From Promethearchaeota archaeon (GTDB lineage Archaea > Asgardarchaeota > Hermodarchaeia > Hermodarchaeales > Hermodarchaeaceae), in contig JBHLMI010000018.1 of NCBI GenBank assembly GCA_048938295.1, forward strand, positions 1-32,000: a DNA stretch of 32,000 bases. Reading direction: 5' to 3'. Under the pieces are notes generated by a model. That model did not search any database. It worked only from the letters and a program-made list of their open reading frames with translations, and was not told the DNA's origin. Position 1 is the stretch's first letter. Each line of letters starts with the position of its first letter. The position numbers and the translations under genes were made by a program. This document shows positions 1 to 7,900 of this stretch, one piece after another.

Positions 1-2
1 TT

Positions 3-1049
3 GTGGTCATCATGATGGACGAAACCATCCAGAAAGGTTGGGGCCTCGGCAGTGGGGTCAGCCTCTTCATCATGGCCAATGTGTTCACCCAAATCCTCTG
101 GGGTATGCTTGCGATCGTACCCCCACAAACCGCTGACGTCCCCGGCATCGCCTGGGCCGCCCAGGGTATCATCCCTTACGTTTTGCAGAACCTCAGTGCT
201 TGGTCTGCGGTCGGTTTCGACCCGGCAGCCATTTACAATCCCGCTACTGCCACCGGATGGGTGGCCGATCTGGTCACCATATGGTTCAGACCACAAAACC
301 CCCGTGCCAGTGGCCTCGGTCTCATCACCACTTTCGTCACCTTCGTCCTCGTCATCTACATGGAATCCTTCCGGGTCAACATCCCCTTACAATACGCTCG
401 CTACCGCGGCTTCCGTGGTCAATATCCCATCAAGCTCCTTTACGTCTCGAACATCCCCGTCATCTTCACCCAGGCCCTCTACGCCAACGTCCTCTTCATC
501 ACCCAAATCCTCTGGGTCCAAGTCCCCGCCCTCCAAACCTCCTTCTGGTTCAACCTCATCGCCAGCTACACCGCTGCATCTGGCGGAAACTACCTAAGCC
601 CCAATCCCTTCTGCTTCGTCTGGTTCCTCACGCCCCCCATCGGCATTCTCTCTCTCTTCGATCCTGGCGGATGGATCAGAGCCATCGGCTATGCCCTCCT
701 ACTTATGGTCTTTTGCGCCGGCTTCGCCCGACTCTGGATCGATGTTTCCGGCATCTCCCCACGCGACGTTTCTCAGCAACTCATCGGCGCTGGCATGCAG
801 GTCCCCGGCTTCCGTCGATCACCCCAAGTCATCGAAAAAATCCTCAACCGCTATATTCCCACCGTCGCCATCCTTGGTGGAATCATCGTGGGTGGACTCG
901 CCGCCTTTGCTGACTTCCTTGGTGCCCTCACCTCGGGTATTGGCATCCTCCTTGCCGTCGGCATCATGCGCCAGTACTTCGAATTGCTAGCGAAGGAGCA
1001 GTTGGGTGAGATGCACCCGATGATGCGCGGTCTCCTGGGTGTTGGCTAG
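3..1049 (+). CDS. secY: Preprotein translocase subunit SecY/Sec61alpha (5' end outside window)
   Basis: Multi-TM protein with GWGLGSGVSLFI, YPIKLLYVSNIPVI, GMQVPGFRRS, RYIPTV and GIGILLAV motifs; lies upstream of adk as in the conserved archaeal operon. Confidence 0.97.
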   Translation: MVIMMDETIQKGWGLGSGVSLFIMANVFTQILWGMLAIVPPQTADVPGIAWAAQGIIPYVLQNLSAWSAVGFDPAAIYNPATATGWVADLVTIWFRPQNPRASGLGLITTFVTFVLVIYMESFRVNIPLQYARYRGFRGQYPIKLLYVSNIPVIFTQALYANVLFITQILWVQVPALQTSFWFNLIASYTAASGGNYLSPNPFCFVWFLTPPIGILSLFDPGGWIRAIGYALLLMVFCAGFARLWIDVSGISPRDVSQQLIGAGMQVPGFRRSPQVIEKILNRYIPTVAILGGIIVGGLAAFADFLGALTSGIGILLAVGIMRQYFELLAKEQLGEMHPMMRGLLGVG

Positions 1050-1081
1050 CCAGAGTACAAGAGGTCCCTTGTTGCGGGCTC

Positions 1082-1096
1082 GAAAAGCTCTTAAGG
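1082..1096 (+). promoter_or_regulatory. Putative BRE/TATA promoter of adk-DUF106-cmk-L14e-cbf5
   Basis: GAAAAGCTCTTAAGG about 30 nt upstream of SD GGAGG (1126-1130); a near-identical motif GAAAGGCTCTTAAG lies upstream of mvk. Confidence 0.5.
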
Positions 1097-1138
1097 CTGT
1101 GTCCTTGAGTGTGCTCAGTTCAGCTGGAGGTCAAATGA

Positions 1139-1726
1139 TTGCAAGTGCGAAAAGTCGTTGTCGTCAGTGGTGTGCCCGGTGTCGGGAAAACCACAGTGGT
1201 TACTGATGCGATTCGTAAGGTTGAGGACCGGCTCAACGTATCACTGATTACCTATGGGTCAGTGATGTTTGAGATTGCCCAGAAGATGCGGTTGGTCGAG
1301 AGCCGAGATGAACTTCGTATGTTGCCGGTGAAGAAGCAACGTGAGGTTCAGAAACTGGCTGGTGAACGCATCGCTGCGATGAGTAAGACGCAAGTTGTAA
1401 TTGTTGATACCCATACTCTGATTCAAACCGCGGATGGTGGCTATCTGATCGGGCTTCCCAAATGGGTGGCGGAAGCCATTCGTCCCGCCTCCATTGTATT
1501 GGTTGAAGCGGATCCTGCGAATATTGCATCCCGCCGGGCTAAGGATTCAACTCGGACACGGGATGAGCAGCTGATTGCGAATATTGCCGAACATCAACAG
1601 CTCTGCCGATCAGCTGCGGTGGCTGTTGGCACGTTAACTGGTGCTACCGTACTGATTCTTAAGAATGTAGAGGGTAAAGCTGAGGAAACAGCAACCGCTT
1701 TTGCGGAGTTGCTCTTGAAGGTGTGA
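1139..1726 (+). CDS. adkA: Archaeal adenylate kinase (TTG start)
   Basis: P-loop GVPGVGKTT, VDTH, GLP and VEADP motifs; GGAGG 8 nt before TTG. Confidence 0.95.
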   Translation: MQVRKVVVVSGVPGVGKTTVVTDAIRKVEDRLNVSLITYGSVMFEIAQKMRLVESRDELRMLPVKKQREVQKLAGERIAAMSKTQVVIVDTHTLIQTADGGYLIGLPKWVAEAIRPASIVLVEADPANIASRRAKDSTRTRDEQLIANIAEHQQLCRSAAVAVGTLTGATVLILKNVEGKAEETATAFAELLLKV

Positions 1727-2376
1727 TGGCCTTGCAGAATGTGTTCATTGATATCGCTGTTGCTATCCGAGCCGCGCTGGGCCTTTGGGCCTATCCGCCC
1801 TTGGCCGCAGTGGTCGTCCTGCTGATCAGTATCCTCATCGCCTTAACATCGAACTTGGTGAACCGTCATTTCATTGATTATGACCGGCTCAAGCGGTCGC
1901 GTGAAGAAATCAACAAGTATAATGCCATGAAGAAACAAGTCAAAGGGGAGACGGATCCAAGGGCACGTCGGAAACTCGAGCTAAAGATTAAGCGGCGTGA
2001 ACGCTATGTCATGAAACTGCAAGGTGATGTGAGTAAACAGGGGTTTATTCCTATGTTGGTGACCATCGTTCCATTCATGGTGGTCTTTACGGTTATGAAT
2101 GGAGTCTTCGTTGATCCGGGCTTAGCCTTTCCCCCCAATGCAATTCCTGCTCCTGTTCTGTGGTCTCCACTAAACTTCGCTCAATTATTGGGTGCTTTTG
2201 GCGTCGGCTTCGGATGGCAGTATGGGCAATGGGTTGATACAGGTCCATATGCTCCAGGGGTACCTTTCCTTGGGATGGGGATGCTCTACATTTACTGGTA
2301 CATTATCTGCAGCTTCACTATGAATCTGATTATCCAGAAATTGTTAGGAACTACCATGACCTCTGCTTATGGATAA
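1726..2376 (+). CDS. DUF106 / EMC3-TMCO1 (Oxa1 superfamily) membrane protein
   Basis: TM - charged coiled coil - TM architecture ending in WYIICSF; conserved position after adk; ATG overlaps the adk TGA. Confidence 0.85.
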   Translation: MALQNVFIDIAVAIRAALGLWAYPPLAAVVVLLISILIALTSNLVNRHFIDYDRLKRSREEINKYNAMKKQVKGETDPRARRKLELKIKRRERYVMKLQGDVSKQGFIPMLVTIVPFMVVFTVMNGVFVDPGLAFPPNAIPAPVLWSPLNFAQLLGAFGVGFGWQYGQWVDTGPYAPGVPFLGMGMLYIYWYIICSFTMNLIIQKLLGTTMTSAYG

Positions 2377-2392
2377 AGGCGCGTGTGATGCC

Positions 2393-2947
2393 ATGGGCTT
2401 GACAATTGCCATCAGTGGCTTACATGGGGCAGGCACTACTACCGTTGCTCAAGCGCTGGCTGAAACCTTCAATCTTCGCTACCTTTCCGCAGGCATGATT
2501 TTCCGACAACTTGCTAAAGAAAAGGGCATGTCCTTGTCGGCGTTCAGCAAACTCGCTGAACAAAATCCTCAAATCGATCAAGAAATCGATGATCGGACCC
2601 AACGTGAAGCAGAAGTCGGTGATGTAGTCATCGATGCCTATATCGCGGGATGGGTGGCGCGACGGCACGCAGATTTGGCAATTTACCTACTTGCACCCCT
2701 TGAAGTTCGCGCCCTCCGGATTGCGAATCGCGAATCACGTCCTTATGAAGAAATCTTGGAAGAAACACTGATCCGGGAAGAAAGTGAGCGCGATCGATTC
2801 CAAGAATTCTATGGCATAGATGTGACGGATACACACCTTTTTGATTTGGTTTTGAACACCGACCGGTTCAACGCTGTCGCTACGATAAGTATATGTACCG
2901 CAGCGGTGAAGGCGTATCTCACGTCCTCCGGCGAGACATCTGAATGA
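2393..2947 (+). CDS. cmk: Cytidylate kinase
   Basis: IAISGLHGAGTTT, SAGMIFRQLA, IDQEID and FQEFYGID motifs; start refined to ATG 2393. Confidence 0.93.
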   Translation: MGLTIAISGLHGAGTTTVAQALAETFNLRYLSAGMIFRQLAKEKGMSLSAFSKLAEQNPQIDQEIDDRTQREAEVGDVVIDAYIAGWVARRHADLAIYLLAPLEVRALRIANRESRPYEEILEETLIREESERDRFQEFYGIDVTDTHLFDLVLNTDRFNAVATISICTAAVKAYLTSSGETSE

Positions 2948-3000
2948 GGTTGCTGTGGTAACACGGCAGCTGACTGTTAACCGGTGGAGGTTGAATCCCC

Positions 3001-3276
3001 ATGAGTTTAGTTGAAGTTGGCCGAGTTTGCGTGAAAATGCGTGGTCGTGAAGCCGGCAAGAAATGTGTTGTAGTTGAACGCGTAGATAAGAACTTCGTCC
3101 TCGTCACCGGACCACCAGAAGTAACTGGTGTCCGTCGGCGTCGCTCCAATGTTGATCACCTGACTCCGACGAAGAATAGGGTCGACATCAAGGCTGGCGC
3201 AGAGGATGCCGCTGTTGTGAAAGCTATCACGAGTGCGAAGCTCACACCCTTTATGAAAGCAGAAGGGGATGAATAA
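3001..3276 (+). CDS. rpl14e: 50S ribosomal protein L14e
   Basis: EVGRVCVKMRGREAGKKCVVV and TGVRRRRSNVDHL; SD GGAGG upstream. Confidence 0.96.
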   Translation: MSLVEVGRVCVKMRGREAGKKCVVVERVDKNFVLVTGPPEVTGVRRRRSNVDHLTPTKNRVDIKAGAEDAAVVKAITSAKLTPFMKAEGDE

Positions 3277-3279
3277 CAC

Positions 3280-3298
3280 AGCCCCTTTCAAAGGGGCT
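3280..3298 (+). promoter_or_regulatory. 8-bp hairpin directly 5' of the cbf5 SD
   Basis: AGCCCCTT-TCA-AAGGGGCT is a perfect inverted repeat, followed immediately by AAGGAGG. Confidence 0.55.
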
Positions 3299-3314
3299 AA
3301 GGAGGACTTCGAAT

Positions 3315-4368
3315 CTGACAAAGTCGCAACTCCCTGCGGATAAGAAACGAAACCTAATCACCCGTGCGGAGGACACCACGAATCCCGCCTATGGTCGTAT
3401 TCCCCAGGAGCGAACCATTTCGGAACTGCTTCGGGATGGTATCATCAATCTGGATAGCTTGCTGAAGGGCGCTGAGCTCCTTTCCAAACCCAGAAAAACC
3501 TCCTGGTCCAACCAGCCATGAAGTGGTTTCGTGGGTTAAACGCATTTTAGGGTTGAATCGCGCAGGGCACTCAGGCACATTGGACCCCCAAGTTACAGGT
3601 GTACTACCTGTCATGCTAGGAAATGCGACAAAAATCGCGAATGCCCTCTTGACATCAGGCAAAGAATACATCTGTATTATGCGATTACACCAACAAGAAA
3701 AACCCCAAAAGATACGCGAAGTCGCTAGTGAATTCGTTGGAACCATTTATCAGCGCCCGCCAGTCCGCTCTTCGGTGAAACGGAGAGTGCGAACACGAGA
3801 AATCTACTACCTTGAGGTTCTCGAAATCGAGGATCAAAACGTCCTCTTCCGTGTAGGATGTCAAGCAGGGACGTATATCCGAAAATTAGTCTTTGATCTC
3901 GGGGAGGTCCTCGGAGGAGGTGCCCACATGGCTGAACTCCGCCGCACTCGTACTGGCCCTTTCAGAGAGGACGCTACTTTAGCCTCGCTCTATGATGTGA
4001 TGGATGCCTTTCATTTCTGGAACGAAGAGAAGGATGAACGGCTTCTCCGCCAATATGTGCAACCGTTAGAAAATGGTGTTGAACATCTTCCTCAGATTAT
4101 CATTCGCGATACTGCGGTTGATGCGATTTGTCACGGAGCTAACCTTGCGGTGGCTGGTGTCTTACAACTCCATACGGATATTCAACCGGGTGACCTGGTA
4201 GCCATTATGACCTTAAAGGGAGAGCTGGTAGCGCTTGCGGTTGCGCAGCAAGAGAGTTCAATGATTCTTGAGGCTACCTCAGGAATAGTAGCTGATACTA
4301 AACGGGTCGTTATACAGCAAGGAACATATCCTTCGACTTGGCAACGAAAATCCGCTAAGAAATCGTAG
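3315..4368 (+). CDS. cbf5: H/ACA RNA-guided pseudouridine synthase Cbf5; join(3315..3455,3496..4368), CTG start, 337 aa after splicing
   Basis: Exon 1 (frame 3) gives ...LPADKKRNLITRAEDTTNPAYGRIPQERTISELLRDGIINLD. Exon 2 (frame 1) gives KPPGPTSHEVVSWVKRILG...GHSGTLDPQVTGVLP, IYQRPPVRSSVKR, GTYIRKL, ELRRTRTGPF and the PUA domain. Confidence 0.93.
3456..3495 (+). other. Putative 40-nt BHB-type intron in cbf5 mRNA
   Basis: CTGG(3450-53) pairs with CCAG(3490-93); the 3-nt bulges are AT^A and AA^A. Cutting after the second bulge base joins GAT to AAA CCT (D-K-P) and restores the frame. The insert itself folds into a hairpin. Confidence 0.88.
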
Positions 4369-4397
4369 TCAAGTCATGGTTGAGAGAAAAAGAGCGG

Positions 4398-4513
4398 TGG
4401 CGCCGCGGACGAGATTCGAACTCGTGCGACCCGAGGGTCACAGGCTGTTTGGTAATCACCCACTATGAAGTAAAATTCCAGGCCTGCGCCGTAATCCACT
4501 TGGCTACCGCGGC
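4398..4513 (-). tRNA. tRNA-Ser(GGA) with 29-nt intron at 37/38 and encoded CCA
   Basis: Acceptor stem GCCGCGG/CCGCGGC, G73 and CCA; anticodon stem CAGGC/GCCTG with loop CT GGA A^A; long variable arm GACC-CTCG-GGTC; T-loop TTCGAAT; 87 nt when mature. Confidence 0.96.
4447..4475 (-). other. tRNA-Ser intron (relaxed BHB)
   Basis: Sequence TTTTACTTCATAGTGGGTGATTACCAAAC between A37 and A38; central helix CUGG/CCAA carries one C.A mismatch. Confidence 0.88.
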
Positions 4514-4539
4514 TTGCGAGTTCCTTCAGACACGTGACC

Positions 4540-4545
4540 TTTAAA
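4540..4545 (-). promoter_or_regulatory. TATA box of tRNA-Ser
   Basis: TTTAAA 27 nt upstream of the tRNA 5' end; a T-tract (CTCTTTTTCTC on the minus strand) follows the CCA as a likely terminator. Confidence 0.6.
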
Positions 4546-4614
4546 GATTTAGTTGATAGGTTTGCTCCCCTGTGATGAGAAAGAGCTCTCTGTGATTCGG
4601 ACTTTGGCAACACA

Positions 4615-4622
4615 TTTAAAAG
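4615..4622 (+). promoter_or_regulatory. TATA box of the S13-S4-S11-rpoD operon
   Basis: TTTAAAAG about 55 nt upstream of the S13 start, divergent from the tRNA promoter. Confidence 0.55.
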
Positions 4623-4677
4623 TGGCACTGTATTTCGATTGCGATAGCTCAGTGATAGTGCTATTTGAGGTGCTGAC

Positions 4678-5133
4678 TTGTCGTCATCATATCGACACAT
4701 AATCCGCGTTGCTCGGACTGATCTTGATGGAAGCCAAAAACTAGACATGGCACTAAGTGCCGTGAAAGGTGTTGGAATCCGACTAGCCCGGGCCATAGTT
4801 GAAGCAGCCGGGCTCAATCCAGAGCAACGAGCAGGCTTTATTACCGACGATGATGTCGCGAAAATCGAAGAAGTGCTCCAAGCACCCGCAAAATTCGATA
4901 TTCCCCACTGGATGCTCAATCGTCAGAAGGATATGGCTACAGGCGAGCATAAGCACATTACTGGTTCAGACCTCGACTTTCAGTTAAAACTGGACATCGA
5001 CTATATGATGAAAACCAAAAACTGGCGTGGGGTTCGCCATGGACTTGGACTACGAGTACGAGGACAGCGCACGAGAACATCAGGGCGAACAGGACGGACA
5101 GTCGGAGTAACCCGGAAGCGACAAGTTGCCTAG
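4678..5133 (+). CDS. rps13: 30S ribosomal protein S13 (TTG start)
   Basis: YRHIIRVARTDLDG, KGVG, WMLNRQKD and RHGLGLRVRGQRTRTSGR; SD GAGGTG. Confidence 0.97.
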   Translation: MSSSYRHIIRVARTDLDGSQKLDMALSAVKGVGIRLARAIVEAAGLNPEQRAGFITDDDVAKIEEVLQAPAKFDIPHWMLNRQKDMATGEHKHITGSDLDFQLKLDIDYMMKTKNWRGVRHGLGLRVRGQRTRTSGRTGRTVGVTRKRQVA

Positions 5134-5143
5134 GTGAGTGGAT

Positions 5144-5866
5144 ATGGGTGGAATACGAAAACCAAAGAAAAAATACATCCCTCCTGGGCATCCTTGGCAG
5201 AAGACCCGATTGGCTGAAGAACTGATTTATGTCGGCGAATACGGTCTTCGGAATAAACGCGAACTCTGGAAGCATCGAACCCAACTCACCCAGTTTCGTG
5301 GTACTGCTCGGGACCTCGTAGCCTTGCCCCTTGAAGAACGTGAGCTTCGTGAGGGTCAGCTACTTGGTCGATTGAACCGATTAGCCCTCATTAACGAGAA
5401 TTCCCAACTAGATGATATCTTGAACCTGACAATTCGAGATGTACTTGAACGACGCTTGCAAACACAGGTACTACGACAGGGACTTGCGAAGTCCATGCAT
5501 CATGCCCGACAACTAATCGTGCATGGGCATGTGGTCTTAGACAATCACCGTGTAACCTCGCCAAGCATGCTTCTATACCGGGGTCAGGAAAAACAACTTG
5601 CATATGCGTCCAATAGTCCGTATCGAAACCCCATTCATCCTGAAATCCCCAAGGGCGAAGTTGTCGCCCCGAAGCCAGAACCTCCAATTCCTGATGAACC
5701 AGAGAAAATCGAAGTGAAGCTTCCTAAAGTCCGCGAAATCAAAGAAGTCGTTATCGCGGAAGACGAGATCAGTGATGATCTTGACGAAGATAATGAAACT
5801 GAATTAGAGGAGCCTTCAGAAGAAGAAAAGAAAGACGCACCAACGAAAAAAGCCTCTAAGAAATAG
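5144..5866 (+). CDS. rps4: 30S ribosomal protein S4 with acidic C-terminal tail
   Basis: HPWQ, YGLRNKRELW, LERRLQT and ARQLIVHGH motifs; start at ATG 5144 after GGTGA. Confidence 0.97.
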   Translation: MGGIRKPKKKYIPPGHPWQKTRLAEELIYVGEYGLRNKRELWKHRTQLTQFRGTARDLVALPLEERELREGQLLGRLNRLALINENSQLDDILNLTIRDVLERRLQTQVLRQGLAKSMHHARQLIVHGHVVLDNHRVTSPSMLLYRGQEKQLAYASNSPYRNPIHPEIPKGEVVAPKPEPPIPDEPEKIEVKLPKVREIKEVVIAEDEISDDLDEDNETELEEPSEEEKKDAPTKKASKK

Positions 5867-5888
5867 TATGTTTAAATGGTGATGGGTT

Positions 5889-6491
5889 ATGGCGGAGGAA
5901 AAGGAAACCAAAACAGAACCGGAAGACGCAGTTGAAAAAGAACCCGAAGAGGTCGTTGAAGCTCCTGAAACAGAAGAGCCAAAACCCAAAAAGAAAAGGG
6001 CTACGCCGAAAACCGAAGAGGACAAAGAGGAAAAGCCCACACGACAAACACGAACACGCAGACCACGCTCAGGGGGACGCGCTCGTACACTCACACCAGT
6101 TGAGAGCCAGGAGAAATGGGGCGTTGCTCATATTTACAGTTCCTATAACGATACCATCGTACATATAACCGATATCACCGGTGCCGAAACAATTGCCCGG
6201 GCATCAGGTGGTATGATCGTGCGTGCTGACCGTGATGAAAGTTCACCCTATGCTGCCATGCAAGCTGCATTCCGGGCTGCCCGTGCTGCCATGGATAAAG
6301 ACATCACACGGGTTGATATTAAGGTACGAGCTCCGGGTGGGCATGGTCCTAAAACGCCAGGTCCTGGCGCTCAAGCGGCCATCCGTGCCCTTGCACGCGC
6401 TGGGCTCCGAATTGGTCGAATAGAAGAAGTAACACCGATGCCTCACGATGGTACTCGCCGTCCTGGAGGTCGGCGTGGTCGCAGAGTATAA
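5889..6491 (+). CDS. rps11: 30S ribosomal protein S11 with charged N-terminal extension
   Basis: [44 protein letters not shown] and [14 protein letters not shown]. Confidence 0.97.
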   Translation: MAEEKETKTEPEDAVEKEPEEVVEAPETEEPKPKKKRATPKTEEDKEEKPTRQTRTRRPRSGGRARTLTPVESQEKWGVAHIYSSYNDTIVHITDITGAETIARASGGMIVRADRDESSPYAAMQAAFRAARAAMDKDITRVDIKVRAPGGHGPKTPGPGAQAAIRALARAGLRIGRIEEVTPMPHDGTRRPGGRRGRRV

Positions 6492-6531
6492 TGGGGTGTA
6501 ACGTAAGGCAATAAAACGAGGTGAACTGGAC

Positions 6532-7515
6532 ATGAAAGTAACTGTTCTCGAAAAAACAGAAGATGCCCTCAAGTTACGCGTAGATGAAGTAAATCCTGGA
6601 TTGATGAATGCCTTACGTCGAGTCATTATTGCTGAAACCCCATCGATGGCAATTGAAGAAGTAGTGATTCTTGAAAACCAGTCACCGCTCTTCGACGAAA
6701 TCATCGCACATCGCCTTGGTCTTGTTCCGCTCAAAACGAATTATGAAACCTATGTCCTTCCCTCCGAATGCACCTGTGAGGGCGCAGGATGCCATCTCTG
6801 CCAAGCAGGGTTCACCATGGAGGTCGAAGCCCCCGAAGACGGCTACTTAGCCACTACCGCTGACCTCAAACCCCAGGATCCCGATATTGTCCCCGTTAGT
6901 GATAAGATTCCAATTGCCAAAATGGCAAAGGGTCAACGTATTGTCGTGGAAGCGTATGCCCGACTAGGCATCGGACAAGACCACGCAAAGTGGCAGCCAG
7001 TCTCAACGATGGCCTACAAAATGATTCCTCACGTCAAAGTCAATGCCAAAAAATGTGACGGCTGCAAAGAATGCGTCGACGCTTGTTTTAGACAAGTCTT
7101 CGAAATGCAAGATGGCAAAGCCGTCGTCGTCGATGAACTAAATTGTACACTGTGCAATCTATGCGTAGAAACCTGCGATGTCCAGGCAATCACCGTTACA
7201 CATGATGATAACAGCTTCATTGTCACCATCGAATCCACGGGGGCCCTATCGCCTGAGGAAATCGTCGAGAAAGGATTAGACGTATTCAGAAAGAAGTACG
7301 AAACCCTCATCGAGCTGCTGCCGGGACGATCACCGACAAAACCCAAACCAGTTGCTAAAAAGGCTGCAGCACCTAAGCCAATAGCCGCCAAGAAGAAAAC
7401 ACCAAAGAAAACAGAAGCGAAGAAGGCCACGCCGAAAAAAACCGTTGCTAAATCTAAATCCACTAAAGCCAAGGCAAAGACCTCCACCAAAGTAAAGGCC
7501 ACCAAATCGAAGTGA
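6532..7515 (+). CDS. rpoD: RNA polymerase subunit Rpo3/D with 2x[4Fe-4S] domain and Lys-rich tail
   Basis: NALRRVIIAETP, DEIIAHRLGLVPL and HAKWQPV motifs; two CxxCxxCxxxC motifs. Confidence 0.96.
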   Translation: MKVTVLEKTEDALKLRVDEVNPGLMNALRRVIIAETPSMAIEEVVILENQSPLFDEIIAHRLGLVPLKTNYETYVLPSECTCEGAGCHLCQAGFTMEVEAPEDGYLATTADLKPQDPDIVPVSDKIPIAKMAKGQRIVVEAYARLGIGQDHAKWQPVSTMAYKMIPHVKVNAKKCDGCKECVDACFRQVFEMQDGKAVVVDELNCTLCNLCVETCDVQAITVTHDDNSFIVTIESTGALSPEEIVEKGLDVFRKKYETLIELLPGRSPTKPKPVAKKAAAPKPIAAKKKTPKKTEAKKATPKKTVAKSKSTKAKAKTSTKVKATKSK

Positions 7516-7527
7516 GAGTGAAACTGA

Positions 7528-7887
7528 GTGAAATCCAAAACAACTGATGAAAAGCGGCGACAGCTTATTATCAAACTCAAACGCCAATCCCGCAACCCCG
7601 GAGGCCGCATTTGGCGGGATTTATACGAAGACTTGCAAACTCCGCGACGGAACCGCGTCACCAAAAATGTTGGAGATTTACAGCAGCATCACACGCGTGG
7701 CCAAGTCATGGTGGTTCCCGGAAAAGTCCTTGGTGATGGAGTAATTGAAGCCAAACTCAATGTGGCTGCGGTTGACTTTTCTGAACAGGCCCGGGCAAAG
7801 ATTGAGGGTAATGGCGGAAAATGTCTGACTATTGAAGAGTTCATGGAACAAAATCCAACCGGGAAAAATGCCCAAATCATCAGCTAA
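7528..7887 (+). CDS. rpl18e: 50S ribosomal protein L18e (GTG start)
   Basis: IW..L..PRRNR, VVPGKVLGDG and FSEQARAKI motifs; conserved position. Confidence 0.93.
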   Translation: MKSKTTDEKRRQLIIKLKRQSRNPGGRIWRDLYEDLQTPRRNRVTKNVGDLQQHHTRGQVMVVPGKVLGDGVIEAKLNVAAVDFSEQARAKIEGNGGKCLTIEEFMEQNPTGKNAQIIS

Positions 7888-7900
7888 GGAGGCTAGAAAA

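Noticed and set aside
1-1726. Strong C-rich composition of secY versus G/T-rich adk, suggesting foreign DNA
   Set aside because: Both are core genes in conserved order. Amino-acid content (Ile/Phe/Leu-rich TM segments) and codon preference can explain much of the contrast.
3269-3343. 24-codon ATG-started ORF overlapping the L14e end and cbf5 start
   Set aside because: There is no spacing between the purine run and the ATG, no similarity to Cbf5 N-termini, and it is probably a chance ORF.
3456-3495. Excised cbf5 intron acting as a C/D guide RNA (two CTGA boxes at 3462 and 3472)
   Set aside because: There is no box C or C' (RTGATGA), even across the circular junction, and the spacing is too short for a guide.
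3315-3521. cbf5 as a frameshifted pseudogene or programmed ribosomal frameshift at the A5 run (3494-98)
   Set aside because: A frameshift alone would leave 13 foreign residues inside the invariant LDKP motif. Removing exactly 40 nt at BHB-predicted sites restores it, and the rest of the gene is intact.
4572-4600. Box C-like GTGATGA in the tRNA/S13 intergenic region
   Set aside because: No properly spaced CTGA D'/D boxes follow, so a C/D sRNA is not supported.
5816-7664. Long antisense ORFs opposite the Lys/Glu-rich tails (e.g. 5816-6094, 7029-7664; also 15696-16067 and 22618-22926)
   Set aside because: They are Phe/Leu/Ser-rich reverse complements of low-complexity codons, which is a typical shadow-ORF pattern.
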